Positions 1 through 11,500 of a stretch of DNA of 64,000 nucleotides are shown piece by piece. The DNA comes from a virus: IMG/VR virus record IMGVR_UViG_3300030380_006483. One strand, given 5' to 3'. A program made the translations under genes and the position numbers. Within the stretch, counting starts at the first letter, position 1. Each line of letters opens with the position of its first letter. The notes below the pieces were generated by a model, which saw only the letters and a list, made by a program, of their open reading frames with translations, was not told the origin of the DNA and searched no databases.

Positions 1-1
1 T

Positions 2-73
2 TCTTTAGATCCATCTATATTTGAAATAAAATTTCCTGATACAGATATATTAGGAAGAGTAGTAACAAACTAA
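2..73 (+). CDS. 3' end of an upstream gene, probably a baseplate wedge (gp6-like) protein (partial)
   Basis: Reads SLDPSIFEIKFPDTDILGRVVTN* from the window edge, with TAA at 71-73. It lies directly upstream of structural genes. The product is inferred from context and the look of the C-terminal motif. Confidence 0.45.
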   Translation, partial: SLDPSIFEIKFPDTDILGRVVTN

Positions 74-78
74 TAAAA

Positions 79-1140
79 ATGGCAGTATATAAAATATTTC
101 CCGAAAAAGATACTTTTATTTTATCCCAATACCCTGCTCAAAATACAGGTAGAGATGAAATATTAGAGGTTACAAATTATAATGGAATTAATGTTTTGTC
201 ATCCGCTCAAGGTGATTTACCTGCCGTTACACGTGCATTAATTCAGTTTAAAACAGCTGATATAAACAATGTAGTTAATAATATAATAACTGGTAGTGCA
301 TTCCAAAGTAAACTTAATTTATACCTTGCAAGTGCTGGAAATGCACCTTTAAATTATATGATAGAAGCTTACGCTATTTCAGGGTCATGGAATATGGGTA
401 CTGGAAAGGTAAGTGATGTACCAAAAACTGAAAATGGATGTTCATGGGGGTGGAGAGAAGAATCAGGTTCAATGGCTTGGACAACAGCTGGAGGAGATTT
501 CTATTCAGATAAATCTGGTTCTTCCCAAACCTTTTTATATACAAGTGATAAAGATATTTCAATGGATATTACTAATATGGTTAAACTATGGAACAGTAGT
601 TCAATTCCTAATGATGGTCTTATCCTTAAACATACTAGTAGCATAGAATTTTCAGCATCATATGTTGAAACAAACTATTTTTCTATGGATACACATACAA
701 TTTACCCACCTGAAATTGAATTTAAATGGGATGATTCTGATTTTGATACACCTTTAACAGTTGTAACATCAAGTGATTTTGTAGCTTCATTTACAAATAT
801 TAAAGAAGAATTTGAGGATACTGCTATATACGATTTTAGAGTAAAAGCAAGAGATAAATTCCCTACTAGAGTATTCCAAACATCCTCAGTATACTTGAAT
901 TCTAAAGTATTACCTACATCTTCATATTGGGGGTTAAAAGATCTAAAAACTAATGAAATGGTAGTTGACTTTGATACTTCATACACTAAACTAAGTGCAG
1001 ATAGTGGTAGTAATTATTTTAAAGTTTATATGGATGGGTTAGAACCCGAAAGATATTATCAATTAATGATAAAAACTACAGTTGGAGATGAAACTTTAAT
1101 AATTGAAAATAAAGATAACTATTTTAAAGTAGTTAGATAA
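79..1140 (+). CDS. Virion structural/baseplate-associated protein (DNRLRE-like beta domain at N-terminus)
   Basis: 353 aa ORF. N-terminal KDTFILSQYPAQNTGRDEILEV...RALIQF pattern resembles DNRLRE-type domains. Translationally coupled to the next gene. Confidence 0.5.
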   Translation: MAVYKIFPEKDTFILSQYPAQNTGRDEILEVTNYNGINVLSSAQGDLPAVTRALIQFKTADINNVVNNIITGSAFQSKLNLYLASAGNAPLNYMIEAYAISGSWNMGTGKVSDVPKTENGCSWGWREESGSMAWTTAGGDFYSDKSGSSQTFLYTSDKDISMDITNMVKLWNSSSIPNDGLILKHTSSIEFSASYVETNYFSMDTHTIYPPEIEFKWDDSDFDTPLTVVTSSDFVASFTNIKEEFEDTAIYDFRVKARDKFPTRVFQTSSVYLNSKVLPTSSYWGLKDLKTNEMVVDFDTSYTKLSADSGSNYFKVYMDGLEPERYYQLMIKTTVGDETLIIENKDNYFKVVR

Positions 1141-1484
1141 TGGCAAGACAAGAAATAAAACTTAATAAGCAAGTATTTGGAAAAGTATCTTATCCTAAAG
1201 TTATTGATACTGAATTTAAACAATTAGTTAAACCTGAAGAAGTTCTAACAATTGAAGAACCCTTAACTATACCAGAATTTTTTGCTGAATATGATAAACT
1301 GTTTTTTGAAATCCCTCAAAAGGGAGCAGGTTCACATGATGAAATAGTTAAAAGAAGTTCTGCTTACATAGGTGTAACAGGACAATCTGAACAAATACAA
1401 GCATTATTAGATGAAATAAATGAATTAAGATCACAATTACTATCGGCTCAACAAGAGATAGTTAACTTAAGTAGTAATATATAA
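1140..1484 (+). CDS. Hypothetical protein with C-terminal coiled coil (baseplate region)
   Basis: 114 aa, TAATG-coupled on both sides, heptad-like C-terminus. Confidence 0.6.
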   Translation: MARQEIKLNKQVFGKVSYPKVIDTEFKQLVKPEEVLTIEEPLTIPEFFAEYDKLFFEIPQKGAGSHDEIVKRSSAYIGVTGQSEQIQALLDEINELRSQLLSAQQEIVNLSSNI

Positions 1485-4400
1485 TGATAGAAGAAGTAAG
1501 CATTTCTAGTGTTTCAGCTAGTTCTCTAGAAACACAAGTTTATTCATCACAGGATATAAACCTGTTAAATGAATTTGAGTTAAATAGAGACTTTGGGGCT
1601 GAACAGGATATAATTGAATATCATATATTTGATATTAACAATAATCTTTTATCTTCAAGTTATGATTATACAAGTTATAACACTCAAGTAACAAACCCTT
1701 CCAGTTCATTATATAATACCCTTTATATTAACCCTGACCAGGACCTAAATAATTCAGGATTTAATATAGGAGAATATAATGTTTTATATAAATTCTATAG
1801 GCCTGTATTTTTATCTTCCAATACTACAAGATATTTTATTAAGGAAATATCTTCGGATAGAACAGAGATCCAAATTTCAACTAATAATTTATCTTATAAT
1901 GCTGTAGGTACATCTTATTTTAATTATTTAACATCTAAAGCAGAAAAAACTTTTTACTCTGATTTACTTTTAAATTTTGGAGATAATAATACTTTAATAG
2001 CTGTAAATAGTTTATTAGATACAGAAGACACATCACAAGCTGGTATATTTATAAAACTATACGAACCACTACCCGCAGAATACAGTCTTAAAGATACTTT
2101 ATATATAGTAGAAGAGATATCTGATCCAATCTCATTTCAAGTTAATATTCAATTTACATCTGAAGAAACAGAAGAGATAGAGTTTTTAAGAGGCCCTAAT
2201 ACTAGCATTGATTTAAATGATAAAACTAATACCCCTACTAAATATTTTAATACAAATGAATTACTAGGTACAGTTTTAACATCTTCATTCCAACAAGTAC
2301 AGTCTGTATTGGAAGAAAAGGGTATTTCTATTAATATAGATTATACAGACTATAATAATTTTGTCCAATTTTCATCTGCATATGATAGATTAGCTAATTT
2401 TAAACATAAATTAACCCAAATTCAATCCTTTCAAAGTGATTTAAATACAATAAAAGGTTTAAATCCATTAACGGATCAAACATCAATTTCTGCATCGGAG
2501 GCAACTTTACAAGAAAATATTAATACATTAATAGAACAATTTGATGGATATGAATATTTCTTATATTTTGAATCAGGAAGTAAATCATGGCCTAAATCAA
2601 ATTCAACCCCACCATTTAATAATTTTAGCGTAACATCAAATTCAGCTTCAGTTTGGTATGGTTCTAAAGTTGAAAGTGATTCAAATTTTGGAGGACAGAG
2701 TTTATCTGCTTCTTTATATGATACTAATAACTTAACTTATGTTTGGAATACATTACCAACTTATGTACAAGAAGATACTCAAAACCAAAATTTAGAACTA
2801 TTAGTATCAATGTTAGGTCAACATTTTGATACTATATGGACATATACAAGGGCTATTACTGATATAACAAATGCAGATAATAGAATTGACAGAGGTATTT
2901 CAAAAGATATAGTAGCAGATACTTTACGCTCATTAGGTATTAAATTATATACTTCCAATAGAACAAATCAGGATGTATTTACTACTTTATTAGGTATAAC
3001 TCCTTCGGGATCATTAGTCCCTGAAACTGGATCCTTAAGAGTAGAAACTTATATTTCTGCTTCAAATGAAGTTACACCTTATAATGATATAAATAAGGAA
3101 GTATATAAAAGAATTTATCATAATTTACCTTATTTATTAAAAACTAAGGGATCATATAGAGGTTTAAGAGCTCTCTTAAATTGTTTTGGTGTTGAAGATA
3201 CTATTTTAAGAATACATGAATATGGAGGAATTGAGAAAAATGTAAAACAAATAACCCAATTTTATAAAAATCATGTATATGCACTAGATACAAGAAGATC
3301 AAGTTCAGTTGAAATTCCATGGTTACCATCTTTAATGCCTATAGTAGGAGAAAATTGGGAAGATATAGAACAAGATTGGAATAATATAGAAGGTTGGTGG
3401 AACGGAACATTAGCAGAGGACCAAGTACCTGATACAGTACAATTTAGATTCAAAGCATCTAGTATACCATCAGCATCTTACGCTACTCAATCCTTATTTC
3501 AAGTTAACACCGGTAGTGCTACACAATTTGGAATACAATTAAGGCATACATCCGCATCATTTGGTGAAATGAAATTTATACTATCCGGTTCTCAGGGATA
3601 TGTAACTACTAGTCCTATGCTACAACCTTTCTTTACAGGAGGATTTTGGGATGTAATGTTAAGAAGAGATCCTGGTAAAACAAATTTAAACCAAACCGGA
3701 TCAGTAGATGTTACCTATGAATTAATAACTAAAAATAGCAGATTTGATGGGGATAATTCATTTATACAATATCAAGATTCTTCAAGTTTATTTATTTCTA
3801 GTTCAACTTCCGCTTCATATAATGAAGCTTGGAGCAAATACACTTTCTCTTCAGAAAATACTCATTTATTAGGTTATCTAGGAGGAACAGGAAGTAATAA
3901 TGTAATAGCACCTAATAATATTATTTTTGATGGTGAATTCCAAGAATTTAGATATTGGATAACTAGTTTATCTCAATCAAAATTTGATGAACATGTTTTA
4001 AATCCAACATCTTATATTGATAACGATTTAACATCATCCTATTATAATTTAGTATATAGACTACCTTTAGGAAATTATGACCAAATATCAGGTTCAGACG
4101 GAGACAATAAAATAACATCAGTTCACCCAATGGTCACAGGATCCTTTGCTCCTACAGGATCATTTTTAGGTACGGGATCATCAACAGTTAACTTTGCTAT
4201 TATAAATAATTTTACAGGTAGTAGTTTTAAATCCGAAAGTAGAGTAGATGCAATCCAAGGACCAGATTTGGGTGGGTTTGTTACAAATGACAACAAGGTA
4301 AGGGTATTAAACAACGAAATAATATCTGGTTCAACACTGTCACCGTATGTATCAGTTCAAATTAATCAACTAAGCAGTTCAGTAATTGATTACACACCAG

Positions 4401-6829
4401 ATTTAGATATAGCAGAAATAGCAATATCTCCACAAAATAGTATTGATCAAGATATTATTAACCAATTTGGGTTTTTTGATATAGATGAATATATAGGTGA
4501 CCCTACTTTATCTGGCTCTTTAACTTATCCTAAATTAGATGAACTAAAGGATTTTTATTTTAGAAAATATTTTCAAAAAACAAGTGTATTACAATCTATA
4601 AGGTTATTATCATATTTTGATAATTCTTTATTTAAAATGTTAAGGGATTTTGTTCCTGCTAAAACCTTATTAAATACTGGATTAGTAATAAAACCTACAA
4701 TATTAGAAAGAACTAAAGTAGAAAAATTTGAACCCGCTTTTACTTATATAGATTATAGTGGTTCCACTCAAGTAGTAAGTGTTACTGGATCCAACCCAAT
4801 GGACAAAAACCTAAACACCAGCTATACTGGTGAAGTTATAATCCCATCCAGTTCAGCTAATACTATTACGGCTTCAGGGGTAATTTTTAATTTTAACGAT
4901 TTAAGAGAACCTTTTACTGGAGAGTTTAGTGGTAGTGAATTAACAGTTTATACTTTACCTACTAGTAGTACAGTAACAGAACTAAGCTTTTTTGATAAAG
5001 AAATAGATTCTAATACTATGCTAACCTATTCTGCTATACCTTTAAACCCTACTTTAAATAACATATCGGAACCACGAAAATCAATAAGATTTATGGATAT
5101 TGATTACTCATCAAACCCAATAGTTCCTGTTAATATAGGTTTTATAACAAGTAGATCATTAGGAACACTATCAGAATTAAGTTCATCTTTCTTAGATGCT
5201 CCTGTACAAGATAGTAATTATACTTTATTGCGTAGTAAAAACCCTAGATATTTAGGTAGTAAAAACACATCCCAAAAATATAATATATTTACTGTAGGAG
5301 ATACTTCTTTTGGGCAAACTGCAGCAATTGATTTAAATTCACTTAAATTTGCCTACTTTTCAGAAATAGTAGAAACTGGATCGGCATTTCCAGAAAGATC
5401 TAATGTGTATATTAAATATTTAATTGATGGAAGATCTAATGTTATAGAATTAACTAGAAATAATGAAAATATATTTGATTTACAAAATATATTTAATGCT
5501 AAAAAAGAAGTTGATATATCTTTAGATAATAATCAATTATTTGGAGACCAAAAATATTTAGATGGTTTAAAACCTGTATATGCTGGTGGATTTAAATATT
5601 TACCTACACTACAAAATCCAACAGGAAGTAGTAATTTAAATTATAGATTTACAGCTGGGCCGATTGAAAATCTAACTAAGGAAGATATATTCCCTATACC
5701 TAATAGTTTAGGGGGTAAATTTGTAAATATAGGTGATTTTACTCTAGGAACCATTCAAATACAAAGTGGAAGCAATAGTGTATCAGTAGGAGGATACCCT
5801 GCTATTACATTAACTAGAAGTGAACCTATTAATAGAGAAAGTATTTGGTGGGATAATGATTTATTGATTAATGTAGAAGGACAAGTAGAACTAGAAATTA
5901 ATGTTCCTAAAAATGTATCGGCTTCATTTGATACTATATCCTGGAACCCATTTAATGGAGTGGCACCAATATTTTCAGCATCAACAGATTTCGGAGATTT
6001 TGAATTAATAGAAGCTATTTATCATATTTCTAATTCTGTAATTTTACCTAAAAATACAGATAAAATCGAAGCAATATTTGATGAATCAATATCAGCAATG
6101 GGGGGACAATTTGAAACTAGTTTTGAAACACCTGATATAGTAAGTGCTTCTGTAAATATAGGTGGTTTACAAGCGGCCTCTTTTGGTACTCCCTCTTATA
6201 CTTACTATTTCCCTTCGGATCCAATGACTTCATTTACATCAAGTATAGTTGATGGTGGAGATGCTAGTAATGGAAATGCATTTTTCTTAAGAAATAATAC
6301 AGGATCATTTAATATTTTAACTGCTTCTGTATCCATGTCTTTTTGGTATGACAATTTTACTCAAACTTCATCTATTTATGAAAGTGGTTCTGATTCATAT
6401 GGTGTTATAGATGAAAGGTTTGTTATAGAAGAAGGAGATCTATTTAGATTTGTAGATAAAGCTGGAGGAGTAGCAGGTTCAGGAAGTGGAGAATTTCCTA
6501 TAACATTTGAAAGACAAGTTAAAAGAGTAAGTGTTATACCGAGGGATGAAGTAACAAATACAAGACGTTTAACTATTGAATTTGACAAAGACATACCAGC
6601 TAGGGCTTGTGAAGATTTTACAACCGCAAACCCGGACGCTGCTAGACAAATTAAAAGATTTGTCATACTAAAAAAAGTAGAAGATGAAACAAATATTGTC
6701 CTTAATTTTGAAAAACAACCAGGACAAACTTCTACAGGTATAGTATTACCCGCTGACTTACCTCAAACATTACAGGAAAAAGCAGGTAATATAGTAAAAG
6801 AACTTAAGTCACAAAACTTAATAACATAA
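1484..6829 (+). CDS. Large virion structural protein (putative baseplate wedge/hub component)
   Basis: 1781 aa uninterrupted ORF, Ser/Thr/Gly rich, in the baseplate cluster. A KTKGSYRGLRALLNCFG segment resembles baseplate tail-I/gp7-type motifs. Confidence 0.55.
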   Translation: MIEEVSISSVSASSLETQVYSSQDINLLNEFELNRDFGAEQDIIEYHIFDINNNLLSSSYDYTSYNTQVTNPSSSLYNTLYINPDQDLNNSGFNIGEYNVLYKFYRPVFLSSNTTRYFIKEISSDRTEIQISTNNLSYNAVGTSYFNYLTSKAEKTFYSDLLLNFGDNNTLIAVNSLLDTEDTSQAGIFIKLYEPLPAEYSLKDTLYIVEEISDPISFQVNIQFTSEETEEIEFLRGPNTSIDLNDKTNTPTKYFNTNELLGTVLTSSFQQVQSVLEEKGISINIDYTDYNNFVQFSSAYDRLANFKHKLTQIQSFQSDLNTIKGLNPLTDQTSISASEATLQENINTLIEQFDGYEYFLYFESGSKSWPKSNSTPPFNNFSVTSNSASVWYGSKVESDSNFGGQSLSASLYDTNNLTYVWNTLPTYVQEDTQNQNLELLVSMLGQHFDTIWTYTRAITDITNADNRIDRGISKDIVADTLRSLGIKLYTSNRTNQDVFTTLLGITPSGSLVPETGSLRVETYISASNEVTPYNDINKEVYKRIYHNLPYLLKTKGSYRGLRALLNCFGVEDTILRIHEYGGIEKNVKQITQFYKNHVYALDTRRSSSVEIPWLPSLMPIVGENWEDIEQDWNNIEGWWNGTLAEDQVPDTVQFRFKASSIPSASYATQSLFQVNTGSATQFGIQLRHTSASFGEMKFILSGSQGYVTTSPMLQPFFTGGFWDVMLRRDPGKTNLNQTGSVDVTYELITKNSRFDGDNSFIQYQDSSSLFISSSTSASYNEAWSKYTFSSENTHLLGYLGGTGSNNVIAPNNIIFDGEFQEFRYWITSLSQSKFDEHVLNPTSYIDNDLTSSYYNLVYRLPLGNYDQISGSDGDNKITSVHPMVTGSFAPTGSFLGTGSSTVNFAIINNFTGSSFKSESRVDAIQGPDLGGFVTNDNKVRVLNNEIISGSTLSPYVSVQINQLSSSVIDYTPDLDIAEIAISPQNSIDQDIINQFGFFDIDEYIGDPTLSGSLTYPKLDELKDFYFRKYFQKTSVLQSIRLLSYFDNSLFKMLRDFVPAKTLLNTGLVIKPTILERTKVEKFEPAFTYIDYSGSTQVVSVTGSNPMDKNLNTSYTGEVIIPSSSANTITASGVIFNFNDLREPFTGEFSGSELTVYTLPTSSTVTELSFFDKEIDSNTMLTYSAIPLNPTLNNISEPRKSIRFMDIDYSSNPIVPVNIGFITSRSLGTLSELSSSFLDAPVQDSNYTLLRSKNPRYLGSKNTSQKYNIFTVGDTSFGQTAAIDLNSLKFAYFSEIVETGSAFPERSNVYIKYLIDGRSNVIELTRNNENIFDLQNIFNAKKEVDISLDNNQLFGDQKYLDGLKPVYAGGFKYLPTLQNPTGSSNLNYRFTAGPIENLTKEDIFPIPNSLGGKFVNIGDFTLGTIQIQSGSNSVSVGGYPAITLTRSEPINRESIWWDNDLLINVEGQVELEINVPKNVSASFDTISWNPFNGVAPIFSASTDFGDFELIEAIYHISNSVILPKNTDKIEAIFDESISAMGGQFETSFETPDIVSASVNIGGLQAASFGTPSYTYYFPSDPMTSFTSSIVDGGDASNGNAFFLRNNTGSFNILTASVSMSFWYDNFTQTSSIYESGSDSYGVIDERFVIEEGDLFRFVDKAGGVAGSGSGEFPITFERQVKRVSVIPRDEVTNTRRLTIEFDKDIPARACEDFTTANPDAARQIKRFVILKKVEDETNIVLNFEKQPGQTSTGIVLPADLPQTLQEKAGNIVKELKSQNLIT

Positions 6830-6842
6830 TTTTTAAAAACAT

Positions 6843-6852
6843 TATATTTATA
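6843..6852 (+). promoter_or_regulatory. Putative late promoter motif WATATTTAT(A), representative of about 24 copies
   Basis: The same motif sits upstream of start codons at 6843, 16040, 19732, 23116, 25597, 28053, 28419, 29666, 32747, 34703, 36676, 38501, 41569, 44116, 50786, 53441, 54699, 55401, 57815, 58118, 59902, 60472, 61520 and 63647. Confidence 0.7.
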
Positions 6853-6869
6853 TATAACAAAAATAAACC

Positions 6870-7529
6870 ATGGGATACTTAAACAATACCACAGTTACTG
6901 TTGACGCCATTTTAACAAAAAAAGGACGTGAATTATTAGCGCGAAACGATGGCTCATTTAGAATTACACAGTTTTCATTAGCTGATGATGAAATAGATTA
7001 CACTTTATATAATCCATTCCATCCATCAGGTTCAGCTTTTTATGGAGAAGCTATTGAAAACATGCCAATTCTTGAAGCATTTCCAGATGAAACTCAAGTA
7101 ATGAAATATAAATTATTAACATTACCAAGAGGAACTGCTAAATTACCTGTATTAGAAGTAGGATATACTACTATTACATTAAAACAAGGAGCAGCATTAT
7201 CTATTACTCCTCAAACCTTAAATTATTTAGGTGCTGATACAACGTTTGAAGCATCAGGATATACTGCAACAATTGGAGATTCAAGAGTTTTATCTGTTTT
7301 CCAAGGAACGGGAATAAACACTACAGATGCTGCTACATTAAATTCTACTTCAACAGTAGGAACAAACGTATCAAGAACAGTAATTGGAACTACAATTAAC
7401 CTAACCGCTACTACAGTTAATACTTTATTTGGAACGGCAAATACTTTAAATACTATATTAACAATTACAGGTAGAGATTCGGGAGCCAGATTAACTATTC
7501 CTCTTAACATAACTAAAGTAACTACATAA
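6870..7529 (+). CDS. Virion structural protein
   Basis: 219 aa, Thr-rich beta-type C-terminus, preceded by the late motif, within the structural cluster. Confidence 0.6.
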   Translation: MGYLNNTTVTVDAILTKKGRELLARNDGSFRITQFSLADDEIDYTLYNPFHPSGSAFYGEAIENMPILEAFPDETQVMKYKLLTLPRGTAKLPVLEVGYTTITLKQGAALSITPQTLNYLGADTTFEASGYTATIGDSRVLSVFQGTGINTTDAATLNSTSTVGTNVSRTVIGTTINLTATTVNTLFGTANTLNTILTITGRDSGARLTIPLNITKVTT

Positions 7530-7530
7530 T

Positions 7531-8571
7531 ATGAGCTTTGTAAGTTTAAACACTAGCGATTTCGTAGTAAGTGCAGATTCAATCACTTCTACACTATGGT
7601 CAGGTGAAGTACCAACATTAACACAATTTTTTACTTCATCACAAACTTCTTCATTTGATACCTTTTTAGATGTTTTTCAAACAGCATCTTTAAGATCAGA
7701 TGCTGCAGTACAATTTTCTATAGCTTATGGAGAAGTAGCAGGTTCAGGTTCAGCACCATATAATACTTTAGTTACTGGTAGTTCACCATCAAGAGTAACT
7801 TATGGACAATATAGAACTTTAGTTAATGGAGATGAAAATACAAACTTTAATTTTGGAGTAGGAAACACCGATTCTAGAGATATGTATGCTTTAACTATTA
7901 ATAGAGCAAGATATAAAGAAAAACTATTCCCAGGAACCTTTAATTTAACATTATCTGGTTCGGACGGTAGTGTTGCTTCTAAAATCCAATTAACAGATAA
8001 TTCAAAAGATATAAGTACACTAACTTTTTCAGATGCCGGTAGAGTATTTGATATAGTAAGTGGTACAAATGGAAGTGCTGTATCAGAAAGTGTTACAGGA
8101 AGTGTAACACCTGGACGTACACCTTCAGGTTCATATGGTAAGTTTTTACCAGATGTAGGTTTAGTATTATTAAACCCAAGAGCCTTAGCATTATCAGCAT
8201 CACAAGGAGGAGTAGGATTAGTAATTAATGATGATTTAACAAACACAGCATTAGTTGCTAATCATAGTGCTTTATTTGAATCAATAAAATTAGCCTCAAC
8301 ATTCTCAATGAATTCAGAAGAAACAATAACTTCTGATTATATATTTGTTAGAGTAAGAAATACAGACTTTAATTATACAACTAATCCATCTATGATAAGT
8401 GGTAGTGGAGAGTTTGTACATTCTAGTTTAATTAATAACCCTCAAACTTTTATTACAACTGTAGGTTTATATAATGATGCTACAGAATTATTATCAGTAG
8501 CAAAATTATCAAAACCATTAGTTAAAGATTTCACTAAAGAAGCTCTTGTAAGAGTAAAATTAGATTTTTAA
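7531..8571 (+). CDS. Baseplate/virion structural protein (full-length paralog of 8575-N plus 13584)
   Basis: 346 aa. C-terminal FITTVGLYNDATELLSVAKLSKPL motif is shared with the 13584 product. Confidence 0.6.
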   Translation: MSFVSLNTSDFVVSADSITSTLWSGEVPTLTQFFTSSQTSSFDTFLDVFQTASLRSDAAVQFSIAYGEVAGSGSAPYNTLVTGSSPSRVTYGQYRTLVNGDENTNFNFGVGNTDSRDMYALTINRARYKEKLFPGTFNLTLSGSDGSVASKIQLTDNSKDISTLTFSDAGRVFDIVSGTNGSAVSESVTGSVTPGRTPSGSYGKFLPDVGLVLLNPRALALSASQGGVGLVINDDLTNTALVANHSALFESIKLASTFSMNSEETITSDYIFVRVRNTDFNYTTNPSMISGSGEFVHSSLINNPQTFITTVGLYNDATELLSVAKLSKPLVKDFTKEALVRVKLDF

Positions 8572-8574
8572 TGA

Positions 8575-11500
8575 ATGAGTTTTGCATACAAAAAACTAAA
8601 TCCAGCTGATATTAAATCGGTTCCTTATATTGCTAATAAGCAATATGAGTACGATTCATCATCTTATTCAGATAATAATATTCAAACTTATGTAGGAGAG
8701 TATATTCCTATTACTACAGATCGACCTTTTGATCCTGTAAATGATAATCTAACTACTGATCAAAATTATAGAAGATTAATATATGAATCTATTCGTCATT
8801 TATATTATGAAAATTATATTACAGCTTCTTCAGTTGATCAAACCCCAGAAAGATCAGGCTTAGAATTTCCAGATAATGTTAATTATTTTTGGCATTCTTC
8901 ATCATTTGATAATTATATCCAAAATACTTTAGCATCAGGTTCCTTCCCAAATTATAGGAATTTTCCTTATTTCCAATCTCAGGAATTTGATTATGATGAT
9001 GAGGGAAATGCTTTATACGGAACAGCAGTTTATTTCATAGAAAACTCAGCTAAAATTAGAGTTATATCTGTTCCAAAGGACAAATATAGTGAAGGAATAA
9101 AACCTACAACTTTTGCTATCTCGGGTTCAGATTATTTTATAGCTGATGATGGGCAAGGAAATTTATTTGATTTTATAAAAGTAATAGCCGAATATGGTGA
9201 TGTATTTTATTCTGCTGCACCAGCATTTTATGCAGGAAAAGCAGATGGATTAGTTATACCTGTAGGAAATATATTTTATAATCATGGTTTAGCCGTTATT
9301 ACTAATCAAGACTATTTATGTTTTATAGAAGGTAATCCCGTAGCTAGAAATGATTATTTTACAATATTAAACACCCAGGAAGAAAAAATATTAAATATAA
9401 TATCCCAAGATTTTGATGATTGTGTATTTATAGCAACAGAATCAGTATCAACTTCTAATATTACAGATTTTACATTTCCTGATTTTAGTGTAAGTGGAAG
9501 TGGAGATTTAGTAATTACCCCTAATTTATCAAGTGCTATTCCGGGACAATATAAATTGCAATATACAGTAGATAATACTTTAGGAAATACAAGCAATACA
9601 GCATCAATAACATTAAATATAACTGCAGAGCCATTAACATCTTCAATAAATTCTGTAACAGAATCTTGTTTTGAAGGAAATGATTCTGCTTCTGTAACAT
9701 TTTCAATAGATAAAGGTTTACCACCTTATAGTTGGTCTATTGATGATTTAAATTATACTCCTTCAAATGATTTATTTCAACCTATATTAAGTGCCTCATT
9801 AACTCCAACACGTTCTTTAGTACTTTATATAAAAGATAATGAAGGAAATAAAGTAACTCAATCTTTAAATACTTCTTTTATCCCAATTAATGGAAAGGTA
9901 TTTCAAAATGAAGTATCATTTTGTGATACAGATGATGGTGAGATAATAATTAGTGCAAGTGGAGCAGAAGGCATAATATCAGCATCACTAACATCTTCAT
10001 TCTCTAACTCAGTATCATTACCAAACTCATATTCTTTATTAACTGAAGGGTCTTATACTGTATATTTTAAAGATTCTAATTTATGTACAAGTTCTTCTAC
10101 AATTACAGTAGGTAAAATATCACCTGTAACAGCTAGCTATTCTCTAACTCATATAGATTGTTTTGCTTCAAATAGTGGGCAAATTTTACTTGATGTATTA
10201 GATACTAATGATACTGCTTCTGATTCTTTTATAACAGGGGGTAGAGAACCTTTATCTTGGAGTTGGACGGGCCCTGGTGGGTTTACTACTACCTCTATAG
10301 ATGCAAACAACTTAGTAAGTGGAACTTATGAATTATATATATTTGATAATGATAATTGTAATTATCTTTTTAGTTATGAAATAACTTCTTCTGAAGAAAT
10401 TAAATATACTGCTAGTATTAATTATAGTAGTAGTATTTTTACTGCCCTTGATATTACAAATTTAAGTGGTAGTAGTGCTGAATATAATTATGTTCTATCT
10501 ACTTCTCAAAGTATACTTACAGGAAGTGTAACTACAGGGTCTAATAATATTTCTTTAGATGAAATAGGTCTTAACTCGGGTTCTGCTAGTTTAACTATTA
10601 CAGATACTTTAGGTTGTCAAGCTTCTACTTCAAGTTTAGAAATCTATGGTAGAACATGGGAAGTAAGCCAATCATTTTGTGAAGATGGAACAGGTAGTGT
10701 ATCAGCAAGAAATCTTAATTTTTATACTCTTAATACTGCAAGTGCAGAATGGGTAACAGTTAAAATACATTCTGGAAGTGAAACCCCAGTAGAAGTAGCT
10801 ACTTCAGGTAGTGCTACAGGAAGCTATACATGGAATCATAATAGTACATTATACTTAGATATATTTACAGGATCAAATAATAATTTTTCACTAGTAAGAG
10901 AATTTAGTGGATCCAGTGATTTACTAAATTACCCTGCAAACTTAACAGGTAGTGAAATTACAAATTCAGCTATTATTACGGGTAGTGGTAGAATGGATTA
11001 TTTTTATGAAAATAAAGATGTTTCATTATCATTTGGTACTAGTCATTCAATTTCTTCTTTACATTTAACAGCATCAAAAGTTAATACTGAAGAGTTAGTT
11101 ACTAATATTAATTTTAAATTTGGTAAAACTATTGATTTAAAAGATATTAGAGATAACTTTACAGGTAGTGCTACAAATTTATCATTAACAGGAAGTGGAG
11201 GAACAAACATAGCGGATGGTTCAGGTAGTAACTTTATAGCACGAGATAATGAATTTACAGATACTATATATGGTAATACAGGTAGTTTTATAGGACCTAA
11301 TACTTTATTGTTTAGAGAAGAATATCCATTTGGAAATATAATTAATACACCATCTGCATCTAATGTAGAATTTACTAATGGAAAAATATTTAGTGGATCA
11401 ATATCAGCAAGTTATTTTGGAAGTGATAATGCACAATATTTTACTCAAAGAACAGATAAAGCATGGTTAATGACAGCAGATATAGATAGTATTCCTTTTG

